Below are positions 10,934 through 21,490 of a stretch of DNA of 64,000 nt, piece after piece. Made by a program: the position numbers and the translations under genes. Numbering within the stretch: the stretch's first letter is position 1; each line of letters begins with the position of its first letter. This DNA is from an uncultured Victivallis sp. (GTDB lineage Bacteria > Verrucomicrobiota > Lentisphaeria > Victivallales > GWF2-50-93). The stretch spans positions 122,416-186,415 of the forward strand of contig CAZRKP010000003.1 in the NCBI GenBank assembly GCA_964600895.1. The letters run 5' to 3'. The notes beneath the pieces are model-generated. The model did not search any database and had not been told where the DNA came from. It was given only the letters and a program-made list of their open reading frames with translations.

Positions 10934-12586
10934 ATGATCGAATGGATCAGGATAAAGAATCTGGCGCTGATTGAGGAGGCTGAGATCGAGTTCAAGGCCG
11001 GATTCAATGTAATCACCGGTGAGACTGGAGCCGGAAAGACAATCCTAATTGGTGCGATTGGAATGCTCCTTGGCGAGCGCGCCGATAAGAGTTCCATCAG
11101 GACCGGTTGTGATTCCTGCGAAATCAGCATGTCATTTGTTCTGCCGGCAAGGATGAAAAAGATAGTGACCGAAACACTTGAAAGTTCCGGGCTCCCTCCT
11201 CCGGATGACAGCAGCATCCAGATCCGGCGTATAATTACAGCTACGAGCTCAAGGAACTTCGTGAATGACTCCCCTGCAACTCTTCAGACCTTGAAAACTC
11301 TGGGGAACATCCTCATCGACACTCACGGTCCGCATGAGCATCAGTCGCTCCTTAAGCAGTCCATCCAGCTCGAACTCCTCGACAGATATGGGGATCTCGA
11401 AAAGCTCACTTCAGAAGCTTCTGATATTTTTTCCGAGTTGAAAAAAGTCAAACTGGAGAGGGAGGAACTTGAAAAAGGCATTCCCTCCCTGGCCGAGGCC
11501 GAACATTTCCGTTTCATCCTTTCTGAAATCGGCAAGGCCGGCATCAGCATTGACGAGGAAGAGGAACTGGTAACCCGGCACAACCTCGCTTCAAACTCAC
11601 ATGACATTCTTGAAACTGCCAATAACGCAGTTGGATTACTTAATGAATCCGAAGGATCGCTTGTCGACAGGATAGGTGAGATCCACCGGGTCATTTCCGG
11701 ATTTGAAAAAGCCGATCCTGAGATGGCGGCAAAATTCCTGAAGCAGTGCGAATCCCTTACTGATACTGCGAATGAACTTGCTGAAGGAATCCAGAGATAT
11801 ACAGGAAACATCGAGCTTGATGAAAAGGAATTTACGGAACTTGAAGAGCGCATCAGGATAATCCAGAATCTCAAGAGGAGATACGGTCCTACTCTGACGG
11901 ATGTCCTCAAATCTGCAGAGAATGCCAGGAAAAAGCTCGATGAATTCGAGAACTTCGAGAGCATCAGGTCTTCCTTCATCGAAAAGGAGAAATCCCTGAA
12001 CGATAAGCTTCAGAAAAAATGTTCTGAGATCTCGAAGAAGCGCCGGGAGATTTCTGCGAAGTTCGCAAAGAAGGTCTGCGGTGAACTCCGCAAGCTTGGA
12101 TTCGCAAGATCCGATTTTACGGTCGATTTTAAGCAGATCGACCCCGGACCTACAGGTTTTGACATAATCGACTTTATTTTCTCCCCGAATCCCGGAGAGT
12201 CCGCGAAACCTCTGCGTGAGATTGCGTCCAGCGGTGAAATCTCCCGTGTGATGCTCGCATTGAAAACTGTCCTGTCTTCCGCTGATTCAATTCCTGTACT
12301 GGTCTTCGATGAAATCGATGTTAACATCGGCGGAGAAACTGCGATGATCGTAGGACAGGAGCTCAAGGCGCTCGGGAATTCGCACCAAGTGCTCTGCATT
12401 TCGCATCTTCCCCAGGTCGCGGCATGCGCGGACACACATTACAGCGTGGAGAAGTCGGTGTCCAAAGGCCGGACATTCACTGCGGTTTCAGTCCTTTCCG
12501 GTACCGACAGGAAATCCGAGATCGCTCGTATGCTGGGTGGTGGAAAGGCCGCGGAAAAACACGCAGAAGAAATGATTGGACGTTAA
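10934..12586 (+). CDS. recN: DNA repair protein RecN
   Basis: Walker A GETGAGKT, HGPHEHQ, long coiled coil, ASSGEISRVML, FDEID, ISHLPQVAA. Confidence 0.96.
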   Translation: MIEWIRIKNLALIEEAEIEFKAGFNVITGETGAGKTILIGAIGMLLGERADKSSIRTGCDSCEISMSFVLPARMKKIVTETLESSGLPPPDDSSIQIRRIITATSSRNFVNDSPATLQTLKTLGNILIDTHGPHEHQSLLKQSIQLELLDRYGDLEKLTSEASDIFSELKKVKLEREELEKGIPSLAEAEHFRFILSEIGKAGISIDEEEELVTRHNLASNSHDILETANNAVGLLNESEGSLVDRIGEIHRVISGFEKADPEMAAKFLKQCESLTDTANELAEGIQRYTGNIELDEKEFTELEERIRIIQNLKRRYGPTLTDVLKSAENARKKLDEFENFESIRSSFIEKEKSLNDKLQKKCSEISKKRREISAKFAKKVCGELRKLGFARSDFTVDFKQIDPGPTGFDIIDFIFSPNPGESAKPLREIASSGEISRVMLALKTVLSSADSIPVLVFDEIDVNIGGETAMIVGQELKALGNSHQVLCISHLPQVAACADTHYSVEKSVSKGRTFTAVSVLSGTDRKSEIARMLGGGKAAEKHAEEMIGR

Positions 12587-12606
12587 ATCACCAACCCCTT
12601 AATTCC

Positions 12607-13551
12607 TCAGAGAAATACTGCAAGGAGCACTGGAACTGTAACAAGGGCAAGCAGGTGGGTGGTCAATACTGTTGCCGACATGAAGTTCTTGTCCCCACCG
12701 TAGATTTCGCTCATCAGGATGCTGGCGATAGCAACAGGCATTACTGCAACAACAATAAGGATATGCCTTGATGCGTCAGGAAAAGGAAGGGCTTTGATGA
12801 CAAGCACCGCAACTATGGGAATGATAATAAGGCGCATGGCGCTTACAATCCAGACCTTCATATTCCCAAGTCCTTTTGGGTGAAGCCCTGCGATTCGCAT
12901 ACCGGCAACAGTCATCGCCAGAGGTATCGTTGCGGCACCGATCATTTTAATGGCCTTCAGTGGATATTCCATTTTCTGGATGAAAGAGTGCTTATCAAAT
13001 CCCAGAAGATGAAGCATTATCATCAATATGAATGTCACATACATAGCGACAAGGGGCGGGGAAAGCAGATTCCTGAGAATATTCGCCTTGTGTCCCTTTG
13101 TTCTCAGTATAATGACTCCGAGCGTCCAAAGCGCCACTTCCGCACCCAGCGATGAGAATATAAGCATGGCGGCGCTTTCATCTCCAAAGAGCAGTATCAC
13201 CAGGGGAAGCGGCAGGAAGGAATAATTGTTCATCAGGCATTGGTAAAGGAAGCTTTTGCGTTCATCATCCTCCTTGAAGGACAGCCAACATGTCACAAGA
13301 AACCCAATCAGGAATCCGATGACCATTATCATGAAGCTTCCAGCCGGGAGCTCCCATCTGGTAATTAGCCCGTTAATCGTGAAATTGTTGAATATTGAGT
13401 CGAATATCAGGCATGGGTAGACGAAATTCACCAGGAAAAAGGACATGTCAGAGGAAGAATTTTCAGAAACGATGGAACGCCGGCACGCGATGAAACCGGG
13501 TAGCATCATCAGGAATATGCACAGGACATTGAAGAATAAGTGATGGAACAT
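12607..13551 (-). CDS. AEC (auxin efflux carrier/malate permease) family transporter
   Basis: About 10 TM; NNYSFLPLP, IPLAMTVAG, MPVAIAS motifs. Confidence 0.85.
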   Translation of the reverse strand: MFHHLFFNVLCIFLMMLPGFIACRRSIVSENSSSDMSFFLVNFVYPCLIFDSIFNNFTINGLITRWELPAGSFMIMVIGFLIGFLVTCWLSFKEDDERKSFLYQCLMNNYSFLPLPLVILLFGDESAAMLIFSSLGAEVALWTLGVIILRTKGHKANILRNLLSPPLVAMYVTFILMIMLHLLGFDKHSFIQKMEYPLKAIKMIGAATIPLAMTVAGMRIAGLHPKGLGNMKVWIVSAMRLIIIPIVAVLVIKALPFPDASRHILIVVAVMPVAIASILMSEIYGGDKNFMSATVLTTHLLALVTVPVLLAVFL

Positions 13552-13686
13552 GTTTATCTGCCTGATCCTTCATAAAATTGAAAAGACAGGTAAGATAATG
13601 CCTGATGCTGATTTTGGAAACTAGAATGGATTTTTAGGGGTGCTCATATATTGTACCAATCACAATCAAAACAAATGGAGTCAGAT

Positions 13687-14544
13687 ATGAAATACTCGAT
13701 TTTCACCGTAAGCCTTCCGGATCTTGCTCCAGAGGATGCGCTGAGCGAGATGAAAAAGGCCGGATATGACGGAGTCGAATGGAGGGTCACGGATCAGAAT
13801 CCATCTGCTGACGGTAAACCGAGTTTCTGGTCGGGAAACCTCTGCACCTGGCCCCTGAAGACTTTTGTCGAAGATGCTCCCAAAATCAAGAAACTTGCGG
13901 AAACCGCAAAGATGGAAATGCCGTGTGTCGGGACATACGTCAACTGCGAGAATCTGGAAGCGGTCGAGACTGCCATGAAAGGCACTGTGAAAATCGGAGC
14001 CAAACAGCTAAGGGTTGGCGTACCTGGATATGACGGCAAGTCTTCATATCTCAAAATCAAGGAAAGGGCCCTCCACCAATATTGTGACGTTGCTGAACTT
14101 GCGAAAAAACATGGTGTAAGAGCCCTTATCGAAATCCACATGGGCAATATCACTCCCAGCGCCAGTGCGGCGATTGCATTCGTGCACAATTTTGATCCAA
14201 AATATGTCGGGGTCATCCATGATGCGGGCAATATGGTCTACGAGGGATATGAACAATATGGCATAGGATTTGATTTGCTGGGACCATATCTGGCACATGT
14301 CCATCTCAAGAACTCTCGATGGGACGCTTCAGGAACACGTCCGGACGGCTCTGTCAATTGGAAGCCCTCCTCTGCTCCTTTCGACAAGGGAATTGTCGAT
14401 GTCACGGCCCTGCTGAAAGCCCTGAAGAACGCCGGTTATGACGGCTGGATTTCATTTGAGGACTTCTCGACAGAATCTACGACCTTGCAAAAGCTGAAAA
14501 AGAACCTAGAGTTCGTGAAGAAAGTTGAAGCAAGCCTGACTTGA
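13687..14544 (+). CDS. Sugar phosphate isomerase/epimerase (AP endonuclease 2 TIM-barrel family)
   Basis: GYDGVEW, IEIH, HDAGN, HVHLKN, GYDGWISFE metal motifs; GGAG RBS before ATG 13687. Confidence 0.85.
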   Translation: MKYSIFTVSLPDLAPEDALSEMKKAGYDGVEWRVTDQNPSADGKPSFWSGNLCTWPLKTFVEDAPKIKKLAETAKMEMPCVGTYVNCENLEAVETAMKGTVKIGAKQLRVGVPGYDGKSSYLKIKERALHQYCDVAELAKKHGVRALIEIHMGNITPSASAAIAFVHNFDPKYVGVIHDAGNMVYEGYEQYGIGFDLLGPYLAHVHLKNSRWDASGTRPDGSVNWKPSSAPFDKGIVDVTALLKALKNAGYDGWISFEDFSTESTTLQKLKKNLEFVKKVEASLT

Positions 14545-14567
14545 CATGGTTTTGCTTAGGGGGGTAA

Positions 14568-15446
14568 ATGTCTGACAAGAGAAAAGCATTCTTGATCTGC
14601 CATCGCGGAGCTTTGGGGGACTTTATTCTATGCTGGCCCTCGGTTATTCTGCTTAAAAAGAACTTTCCAGAGCATGTTTTTGTCGGCCTCGGTCGTCCAG
14701 ACTACATGAAGCTTGCCATAAAGCTTGGCGTTCTTGATGACTGGTTTGATGCGGAATCAGCAGTCATGCTTGATTTCTTCGAAGCTGGAAAGGTTCCAAA
14801 AGAACTTGGAAACTTGGACAAAGGGGCATTATGGCTGAAAGACGCAAGAAAAACTGCCGACCTACTGAAAATGAATTCCGGCTGTGAATTAACTCCCCTG
14901 GATCCCTTCCCTTCTGAAAAGATACCCGTTGCCAAGTTTCACATAAACCAGATTTCAATGTTGTTCAAAATCAAGGATCCTCCCGAGCCAATTGATCTGA
15001 TACCAGGCTCGTATTTTCCCGCGAAGAACACCATCCTGATCCATCCCGGGAGTGGCAGCGAAAAGAAAAATTACTCCGTAGAATTTTACATCAATACCGC
15101 GAAATTCGCAGCCGATCATTTCAAAAACGATGTGAATTTCATACTGGGTCCGGTTGAAATGGAGAAGGGAATTGGCTCCCTCTTCCCTGTTGAAAGCCTA
15201 TTGATACCTGAAAACACGTCAGACCTTGCAGACCTGCTTGGCGGTTGCAAGCTTTACATTGGAAACGACTCTGGAGTAAGTCATCTTTCAGGTTTCCTCG
15301 GTACACCGACAATTGCCCTTTACAAGGATACCGACCCGGAGATCTGGGGTGTCGTCGGCCGAAAAACCACATGCCTCAAAAATCCCACCGAAGACGCCGC
15401 ACTGAAAAATTTGAAAGATTTTTTGCTTTCCGGGAACATTTTTTGA
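14568..15446 (+). CDS. GT9 (heptosyltransferase-like) glycosyltransferase
   Basis: HRGALGDFIL, IHPGSGSEKKNY, GNDSGVSHLS. Confidence 0.85.
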   Translation: MSDKRKAFLICHRGALGDFILCWPSVILLKKNFPEHVFVGLGRPDYMKLAIKLGVLDDWFDAESAVMLDFFEAGKVPKELGNLDKGALWLKDARKTADLLKMNSGCELTPLDPFPSEKIPVAKFHINQISMLFKIKDPPEPIDLIPGSYFPAKNTILIHPGSGSEKKNYSVEFYINTAKFAADHFKNDVNFILGPVEMEKGIGSLFPVESLLIPENTSDLADLLGGCKLYIGNDSGVSHLSGFLGTPTIALYKDTDPEIWGVVGRKTTCLKNPTEDAALKNLKDFLLSGNIF

Positions 15447-15567
15447 GATTTAATGTCAAATTATACGGTTTTTGAGAACGGGTGGCCGGATGATTGTATT
15501 TATATGATTCATGTTTTTTCTTAAACGCATTCATCCAGACATCCAACTATCCTTTGTTTTATAATTC

Positions 15568-16533
15568 ATGGAGTTTGCTCAGATGATCAAGGTTGAGAAC
15601 CTATACAAGTGGTACGGAAACAAGCTTGCCGTAGAGGATATTTCATTTGAGGTAAACAAAGGGGAGATCCTCGGTTTTATCGGGCCAAATGGTGCCGGCA
15701 AATCCACCACCATGAGGATCATCACCGGTTTCATACCCGCATCCAAAGGAAAGGTGACAGTTGGCGGCTATGACATCGAAAACGATCCTGTAAAGGCCAA
15801 ATCCCTGATGGGATATCTTCCCGAGAATGCCCCTCTTTATGCCAATATGACCGTTGAAGGATTCCTCGGATTCGCCGCTGAGATCCGAGGATTTAGAGGC
15901 GATGAAAAGAAGAAAAGGATCGAAAAGTCAATCACTACCTGCTTCCTGAATCCCGTAAGACACCAGACCGTCGATACTCTTTCAAAGGGTTACAAGCACC
16001 GCACGTGCCTTGCGCAGTCAATAATACATGACCCGGATGTCCTGATAATGGACGAACCGACCGACGGCCTTGATCCGAACCAGAAACGCGAGATCCGCAA
16101 TCTCATAAAATCCATGAGTGAGAAAAAAGCAATCATTCTTTCAACCCATATCCTCGAGGAAGTCGATGCGGTATGCTCTAGAGTGCTCATAATCGACAAA
16201 GGCAGGAAGATATTTGACGGTTCAGCCTCACAGATGAAGGAGAAATCGGAAAATGCGGGCGTTCTTACATTGGAATTTTCAGAAGGGAATTCCTCTGAGA
16301 TAATTGAAAGGCTCAAAATGATAGATGGCGTAAGCAGATCCGAGGCTGACGCTAATGCGAAGGGAACTGTCGTGATAAAAGTGAAACCATCGAACAATGC
16401 CGACAGGACAGAGGTCCGTAAAAAGATCTTCGAGGTTGTTAAGAACCAAGGTCTCCCTCTTGTCCAGATAAAGGTCGAGGAAGGACGTCTCGACGAAGTG
16501 TTCTATTCGATGACCCGTGGAGATGCGGCTTGA
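15568..16533 (+). CDS. ABC transporter ATP-binding protein (GldA-like)
   Basis: GPNGAGKST, LSKGY signature, MDEPTDGLD, STH; start may be ATG 15583. Confidence 0.92.
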   Translation: MEFAQMIKVENLYKWYGNKLAVEDISFEVNKGEILGFIGPNGAGKSTTMRIITGFIPASKGKVTVGGYDIENDPVKAKSLMGYLPENAPLYANMTVEGFLGFAAEIRGFRGDEKKKRIEKSITTCFLNPVRHQTVDTLSKGYKHRTCLAQSIIHDPDVLIMDEPTDGLDPNQKREIRNLIKSMSEKKAIILSTHILEEVDAVCSRVLIIDKGRKIFDGSASQMKEKSENAGVLTLEFSEGNSSEIIERLKMIDGVSRSEADANAKGTVVIKVKPSNNADRTEVRKKIFEVVKNQGLPLVQIKVEEGRLDEVFYSMTRGDAA

Positions 16534-16564
16534 CAGACTGACGACTATTAAATTTGGAGACAAC

Positions 16565-17305
16565 ATGGCTATATCGAACATAATGGCGATAATAAAAAGG
16601 GAGCTTTGTTCCTATTTCAATTCCCCTGTCGCCTATGTATTCATTGTGATATTCCTTGGACTGACAGGTTTCTTCACATTCATGATAAGTAAATTCTTTG
16701 AATCCAACGAGGCATCACTTGGGGCCTTTTTCCAATGGCATCCATGGCTCTACCTTTTCCTTGTTCCTGCAGCAGGGATGCACCTCTGGGCCGATGAGAG
16801 GAGACTCGGCACCCTTGAGCTCTTCTTCACGATGCCGGTCACATGCACTCAGGCGATATTTGCGAAATTCGCAGCTGCATGGATATTCATCGTGATCGCC
16901 CTTGTTCTTACGTTTCCGATAGTCATTACCGTAGCATACCTTGGAACACCGGATTTCGGAGTCATTGCCTGTGGTTATATTGGAAGTGCTCTCCTTGCCG
17001 GTTCATATCTGGCGATTTCGAGCATGACTTCTGCAATAACAAGAAGCCAGGTGGTAAGCTTCATCATCTCCGTTGTAATCTGCCTCTTCCTGATCCTGGC
17101 TGGCTGGCCGCCAGTCACTGATCTTCTTGTAAACTGGGCACCTGTCCAGATAGTGGACATCGTGTCGGCATTCAGCGTGATGCCTCATTTCGAAAACATC
17201 CAGAGGGGTATCGTTGATCTCAGGGACATAGCGTATTTCCTTTCCATCATCATCTTCTGTCTCATGACGACCGGGATAATCCTAAAGAACCATGCGGCAG
17301 GATAA
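16565..17305 (+). CDS. ABC-2 type permease (GldF-like)
   Basis: RELCSYFNSPVAY, WADERRLGTLELFFT, KFAAAW, RGIVDLRD; 6 TM. Confidence 0.88.
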   Translation: MAISNIMAIIKRELCSYFNSPVAYVFIVIFLGLTGFFTFMISKFFESNEASLGAFFQWHPWLYLFLVPAAGMHLWADERRLGTLELFFTMPVTCTQAIFAKFAAAWIFIVIALVLTFPIVITVAYLGTPDFGVIACGYIGSALLAGSYLAISSMTSAITRSQVVSFIISVVICLFLILAGWPPVTDLLVNWAPVQIVDIVSAFSVMPHFENIQRGIVDLRDIAYFLSIIIFCLMTTGIILKNHAAG

Positions 17306-17314
17306 GAGGTGAAC

Positions 17315-19210
17315 ATGAACAAGCGCAGCAAAAACATAATTTATTCGACGATCGGCATAGTCACTCTGTTTTTGATAATAGTGGCGATAAACTTCATCGT
17401 TTCAAGAATAAATGTACGATTGGATCTTACACAAGAGAAAATCTACACACTCTCACAGAGCACCAAGAACATCCTTAAAAAGCTGGATACTCCGGTAACT
17501 CTCAAATTCTACTACACAAAGTCCTCAAATATGCCCTCCTTCATCAAGAATTACGCAGAAAGGGTGATAGATCTGCTGAACGAATACAGGCGGGCGGGGG
17601 GGAAGAACATTGTTATTGAAAAATATGATCCCGTCCCGGATTCAGAAGCAGAAGATTCCGCAGTAATGGATGGGATCTCGGGACAGGTGCTGGACTCCTA
17701 CGATAAAGTTTATTTTGGAATTGCCGTCCAGTGCATTGACCAGACCGTCGCTCTACCTTTCCTGTCACCAGAACGCGAAGAACTCCTCGAATACGACCTT
17801 TCACGTGCGATATCACAGGTTACCAGGACCAAGAAGAGCATAGTGGGTGTCATGAGCGCCCTGCCGGTGATGGGCCAGAAGCCGAGTCCGATGATGATGC
17901 AGATGGGTCAGTTCAACCAGACGCCTCCATGGCTCGTTATCAGGGAAATGAAGAACGACTACGAGGTCCGTGAAGTTCCGATGCAGTCGGAGCAGATAGA
18001 TCCTTCGATTGAACTTCTTGTCATCATCTATCCTGCGGGTATTTCTGAAAAGACACAGTTCGCAATAGACCAATACGTCCTGAAGGGTGGGAAAGTGATA
18101 GCTTTTCTTGATTCCTTCTCCTACTTTGCCGCGGCTTCCGCAAAGAACGACCGGATGGCCATGATGCAGCCTCCTATGACCAGTTCTAACATGGAAAAGC
18201 TCCTCAAGGGCTGGAACATCACCTTCAACCAGGACATGGTTGTAGCCGACATGACCTATGGAAAGAGATCTCCTGACAAGAAAAGGAGCTTCCCCACTAT
18301 CATCGACATCCCATCGGAGGGGATGGATAAAGACGAGGTCTTCCTTTCGCAACTTAGAATAATAACCGAGTGGTCCTCCGGTACGTTCTCCGGGGAGCCA
18401 GATCCTTCTCTGAAGAAGACCATCCTGCTGAGGACAACCACTGATTCGCATCTACTGAATTCATATATCGCCACCAATCCTGAAATGGCAGTGAAAGAAT
18501 TTAAACCAGACGACAAGGAATATTCTCTCGCCATAAAGCTGTCAGGCAAATTCAAGACAGCGTTCCCCGATGGCAAGCCGGCTGGAAATGAACCTGGCAA
18601 GCCGGAGAACAAGGATGAAAAGCCGGTCGGTGACTTCCTGAAGGAATCCCAGAAGGACGGCGTTGTCGTGCTGGTCGGTGATTCCGACATGCTATTTGAT
18701 GAGATCTGTGTACGAAGGGTTCCAAATATATTTGGCCAGACTTCGATGGAACCTTTGAATGACAATCTCAGTTTTTTCCTGAACCTCGTCGAATACATGA
18801 CCGGTGACAGCGATCTCATACAGATAAGGTCTAGAAAGGTGATAGCCAGACCATTCTCAGTTTTAAAAGCGAAACTGTCGCAGGCAGAGCAGAAATACAA
18901 GAACAAGATACTCGAGCTTGAGGAAGATCTTGAGAAAGCACAGGAACGCCTCTCAAAACTACAGGAACAGAAGGCCAAGAACCAGAAATACATCCTTTCC
19001 CCCGAGCAGAAGGAGGAGATAAAGAATTACAAGCAGAAGGAAGCAAAGACCAAGCAGGAGCTGAAGGTGCTTCGCAAGGAACTGAGGCAGGACATAGATT
19101 CGCTTGAGAACAAGCTGAAATGGTTCAACATCGCCCTTATGCCAATAGTGGTAATACTTTTCGGGATAGGCCTGGCAATATACAGGAACAGGAGGAGTTT
19201 CAGCAGATGA
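17315..19210 (+). CDS. GldG-family ABC auxiliary protein
   Basis: RLDLTQEKIYTLS, LEYDLSRAI, DQYVLKGGK, VLVGDSDML; N- and C-terminal TM, coiled coil near C-terminus. Confidence 0.85.
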   Translation: MNKRSKNIIYSTIGIVTLFLIIVAINFIVSRINVRLDLTQEKIYTLSQSTKNILKKLDTPVTLKFYYTKSSNMPSFIKNYAERVIDLLNEYRRAGGKNIVIEKYDPVPDSEAEDSAVMDGISGQVLDSYDKVYFGIAVQCIDQTVALPFLSPEREELLEYDLSRAISQVTRTKKSIVGVMSALPVMGQKPSPMMMQMGQFNQTPPWLVIREMKNDYEVREVPMQSEQIDPSIELLVIIYPAGISEKTQFAIDQYVLKGGKVIAFLDSFSYFAAASAKNDRMAMMQPPMTSSNMEKLLKGWNITFNQDMVVADMTYGKRSPDKKRSFPTIIDIPSEGMDKDEVFLSQLRIITEWSSGTFSGEPDPSLKKTILLRTTTDSHLLNSYIATNPEMAVKEFKPDDKEYSLAIKLSGKFKTAFPDGKPAGNEPGKPENKDEKPVGDFLKESQKDGVVVLVGDSDMLFDEICVRRVPNIFGQTSMEPLNDNLSFFLNLVEYMTGDSDLIQIRSRKVIARPFSVLKAKLSQAEQKYKNKILELEEDLEKAQERLSKLQEQKAKNQKYILSPEQKEEIKNYKQKEAKTKQELKVLRKELRQDIDSLENKLKWFNIALMPIVVILFGIGLAIYRNRRSFSR

Positions 19211-20379
19211 ACAGGAAACAACTCATAACTTCGCTTGTTATACTCGCCGTTGTTGGACTGTCGATTTATTTCATCCTTAAAAAGGACATTTCATCATGGA
19301 ACAGTTCCAAGTATAGTGCAACCGGTGAAAATCTTCTTGCAGATCTTGATGTGAACAAGATAACAGGTTTTGTGGTTTCATCAGGAAAACAGACTGCCAC
19401 TCTCAAGAGGAATGATGATGGCTCATGGATCATTTCTGAAAAGGACTCCTATCCCGGAGACTACCAGAAGATCCTTAACTTCTTAAAAAACCTGCCGGAG
19501 ATAAAGACTGTCCAGAACATCAATGCCGGCAAATCGCAGTTTGAGAAGCTCGGACTTGCTGATTCCGACAAGGAAAAAGGGACTGCAATTGCTTTGGATT
19601 TCATCGGGGAGTCCGGAAAGAAACTGGCATCCTTTCTCATAGGTAAGAAGCATTTCAAGAAGGAGGAAAATCCGATGCCGTTCATGGGTGGAGGAATGTC
19701 TGACGGCTGCTATGTCTTGCTGGCTGATGGGAAATTACAGCCCAGACTAGTCAACAACAGCTTCGAAAGCATCTCGGCCGATCCGATGTCCTGGACCGAC
19801 AAGTCATTCTTTGACATTGAAAACATAATTTCCATGGAATCTAAGAGAAAGAACCCCGACGAGTCATGGAAGCTTGTGAAAGACGAGAAAACTGACAAGC
19901 TCACGCTGGCAGATATCAAGGATGGTGAACTGCTCGATGAAGGAAAGATACAGATGCTCAACAGTTTCCTGAAATACGTCGCCTTCAAGGATGTGAAGAT
20001 CTGTCCTGCGGATTTCACTGGTGAAAGCTTGAAAATCGAAGCTGGCGATGGTTTCAAATACGATATTTGTTTCGCGCTCAATGCCGAGAATCCCGGACAA
20101 TATCATGTAAACATCAAGGCTACTGCCGCAATTCCCGAGAATCGTGAAGCGGGCAAGGATGAAAAACCTGAGGACAAGGACAGGCTTGACAAGGAATTCA
20201 AGGCGAAGGAGGAGAAGCTCAGGGAAAAACTCGACCGGGAGAAATCTCTTGGTAAATGGCTTTATACATTATCCAAAGGTGACATGTCTTCAGTTCTGGA
20301 TACCCGGAAGGATTTTCTCAAAACCAAGGATGATAAGAAGGCTGAAGGTCCTACCGAGAATGCTCCTGCAATGCAGTAA
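19207..20379 (+). CDS. DUF4340-like membrane-anchored periplasmic protein
   Basis: N-terminal TM; W..SEKDSYPGD, KLGL, LIGK pattern; usual fourth gene of GldAFG-like operons; ATGA overlap with gldG-like stop. Confidence 0.7.
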   Translation: MNRKQLITSLVILAVVGLSIYFILKKDISSWNSSKYSATGENLLADLDVNKITGFVVSSGKQTATLKRNDDGSWIISEKDSYPGDYQKILNFLKNLPEIKTVQNINAGKSQFEKLGLADSDKEKGTAIALDFIGESGKKLASFLIGKKHFKKEENPMPFMGGGMSDGCYVLLADGKLQPRLVNNSFESISADPMSWTDKSFFDIENIISMESKRKNPDESWKLVKDEKTDKLTLADIKDGELLDEGKIQMLNSFLKYVAFKDVKICPADFTGESLKIEAGDGFKYDICFALNAENPGQYHVNIKATAAIPENREAGKDEKPEDKDRLDKEFKAKEEKLREKLDREKSLGKWLYTLSKGDMSSVLDTRKDFLKTKDDKKAEGPTENAPAMQ

Positions 20380-20383
20380 CAGG

Positions 20384-21418
20384 TTATTCCGTCTTCTTCC
20401 TGTATAAGGATTTCACCAGCGAAACTGATATCAGAAGGAGCAGGATTCCGGCAGAAACCTGCTGTAGGACGCTTAAATTCTCATTGTGCTGGCAAGCTGC
20501 GGCAACTATATCCTTCCCGAGAAAAGGGATATGGTCTATCATGAAACCCAAGGCGATCGCGCTAAGCAAAAGTGAAAGCAGATAAAGAACGGTTGCCTTC
20601 CTGCCAAGCGTCTTCCACACTATCGCAATAGCTGCGGCATTTGTGGCGGGACCTGTCATCAGGAATACAAAAGCCGCACCTGGCCCCACTCCCTTGGCGA
20701 TAAGCATTGCAGCTATAGGCACTGAAGCCGTTGCACAGACATAAAGCGGTATTCCGCAGGCCATCATGAACAACATGCCTGTCAATCCAGTGCCTATTGC
20801 ACTCGCGAACCAGTTTTCAGGAATTATCATTGAAATCCCTGCCGCAATCATAATTCCTCCGGCAAGGGACAGTGCAATATCATCCATGAGGGTGACAAAA
20901 CCATACTTAAGGATTCTGACAAAAATGTTTCCCTTTTTTTCAGCCTTTTCTTCACAGCATTTCTCATGGCAGCAACAGGTTTCTTCCTTCTTTTCATCCT
21001 TTCCAGCTTCATCATCCTTATCAAACATATCGACCATGAGCCCGCCGATGATACCGGAAACCAATGCCGCAAGAGGCCTGAATACGGCAAGAACAGGTCC
21101 GAGCATGCTGTAGGTGACAAGAATGCTGTCTATGCCTGTCTGCGGGGTGGAGATGAGGAAGGAAGTTACAGCGCCTTTGCCGGCACCGTTCTTGCGTAAA
21201 GATGCAAAAACCGGGATAACTCCACAGGAACACAAAGGCAACGGGACACCGAACAGCGATGCCTTGAGAACCTGTATGAATCCCCTGCCCCCGAGATGCC
21301 TTTGAACTGTTTCAGGAGATATCAGGACCGAAAGGACTCCTGCAAAGAAAAATCCGAAAAGCAGGTATGGCGCCATCTGGCAGAGAGTGGACCATGCTTC
21401 ATGAAGATAGAACAACAT
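20384..21418 (-). CDS. SO_0444/DUF318 (ArsP-like) permease, putative metal efflux
   Basis: Duplicated PLPLCSCGVIP / PLYVCATASVP motifs; FLISTPQTG, FLMTGPATN; central CCCHEKCC loop. Confidence 0.85.
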   Translation of the reverse strand: MLFYLHEAWSTLCQMAPYLLFGFFFAGVLSVLISPETVQRHLGGRGFIQVLKASLFGVPLPLCSCGVIPVFASLRKNGAGKGAVTSFLISTPQTGIDSILVTYSMLGPVLAVFRPLAALVSGIIGGLMVDMFDKDDEAGKDEKKEETCCCHEKCCEEKAEKKGNIFVRILKYGFVTLMDDIALSLAGGIMIAAGISMIIPENWFASAIGTGLTGMLFMMACGIPLYVCATASVPIAAMLIAKGVGPGAAFVFLMTGPATNAAAIAIVWKTLGRKATVLYLLSLLLSAIALGFMIDHIPFLGKDIVAAACQHNENLSVLQQVSAGILLLLISVSLVKSLYRKKTE

Positions 21419-21490
21419 TTTTGATTTCCGACTTTTGATTGCCGATTTTTAAGACATGCTAAAGTTTATCTGCACGCCGATGCACCATTA

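Noticed and set aside
13651-13670. ATTGTACCAAT near-palindrome upstream of the TIM-barrel gene (possible GntR-type operator)
   Set aside because: Short, single and imperfect; no regulator nearby.
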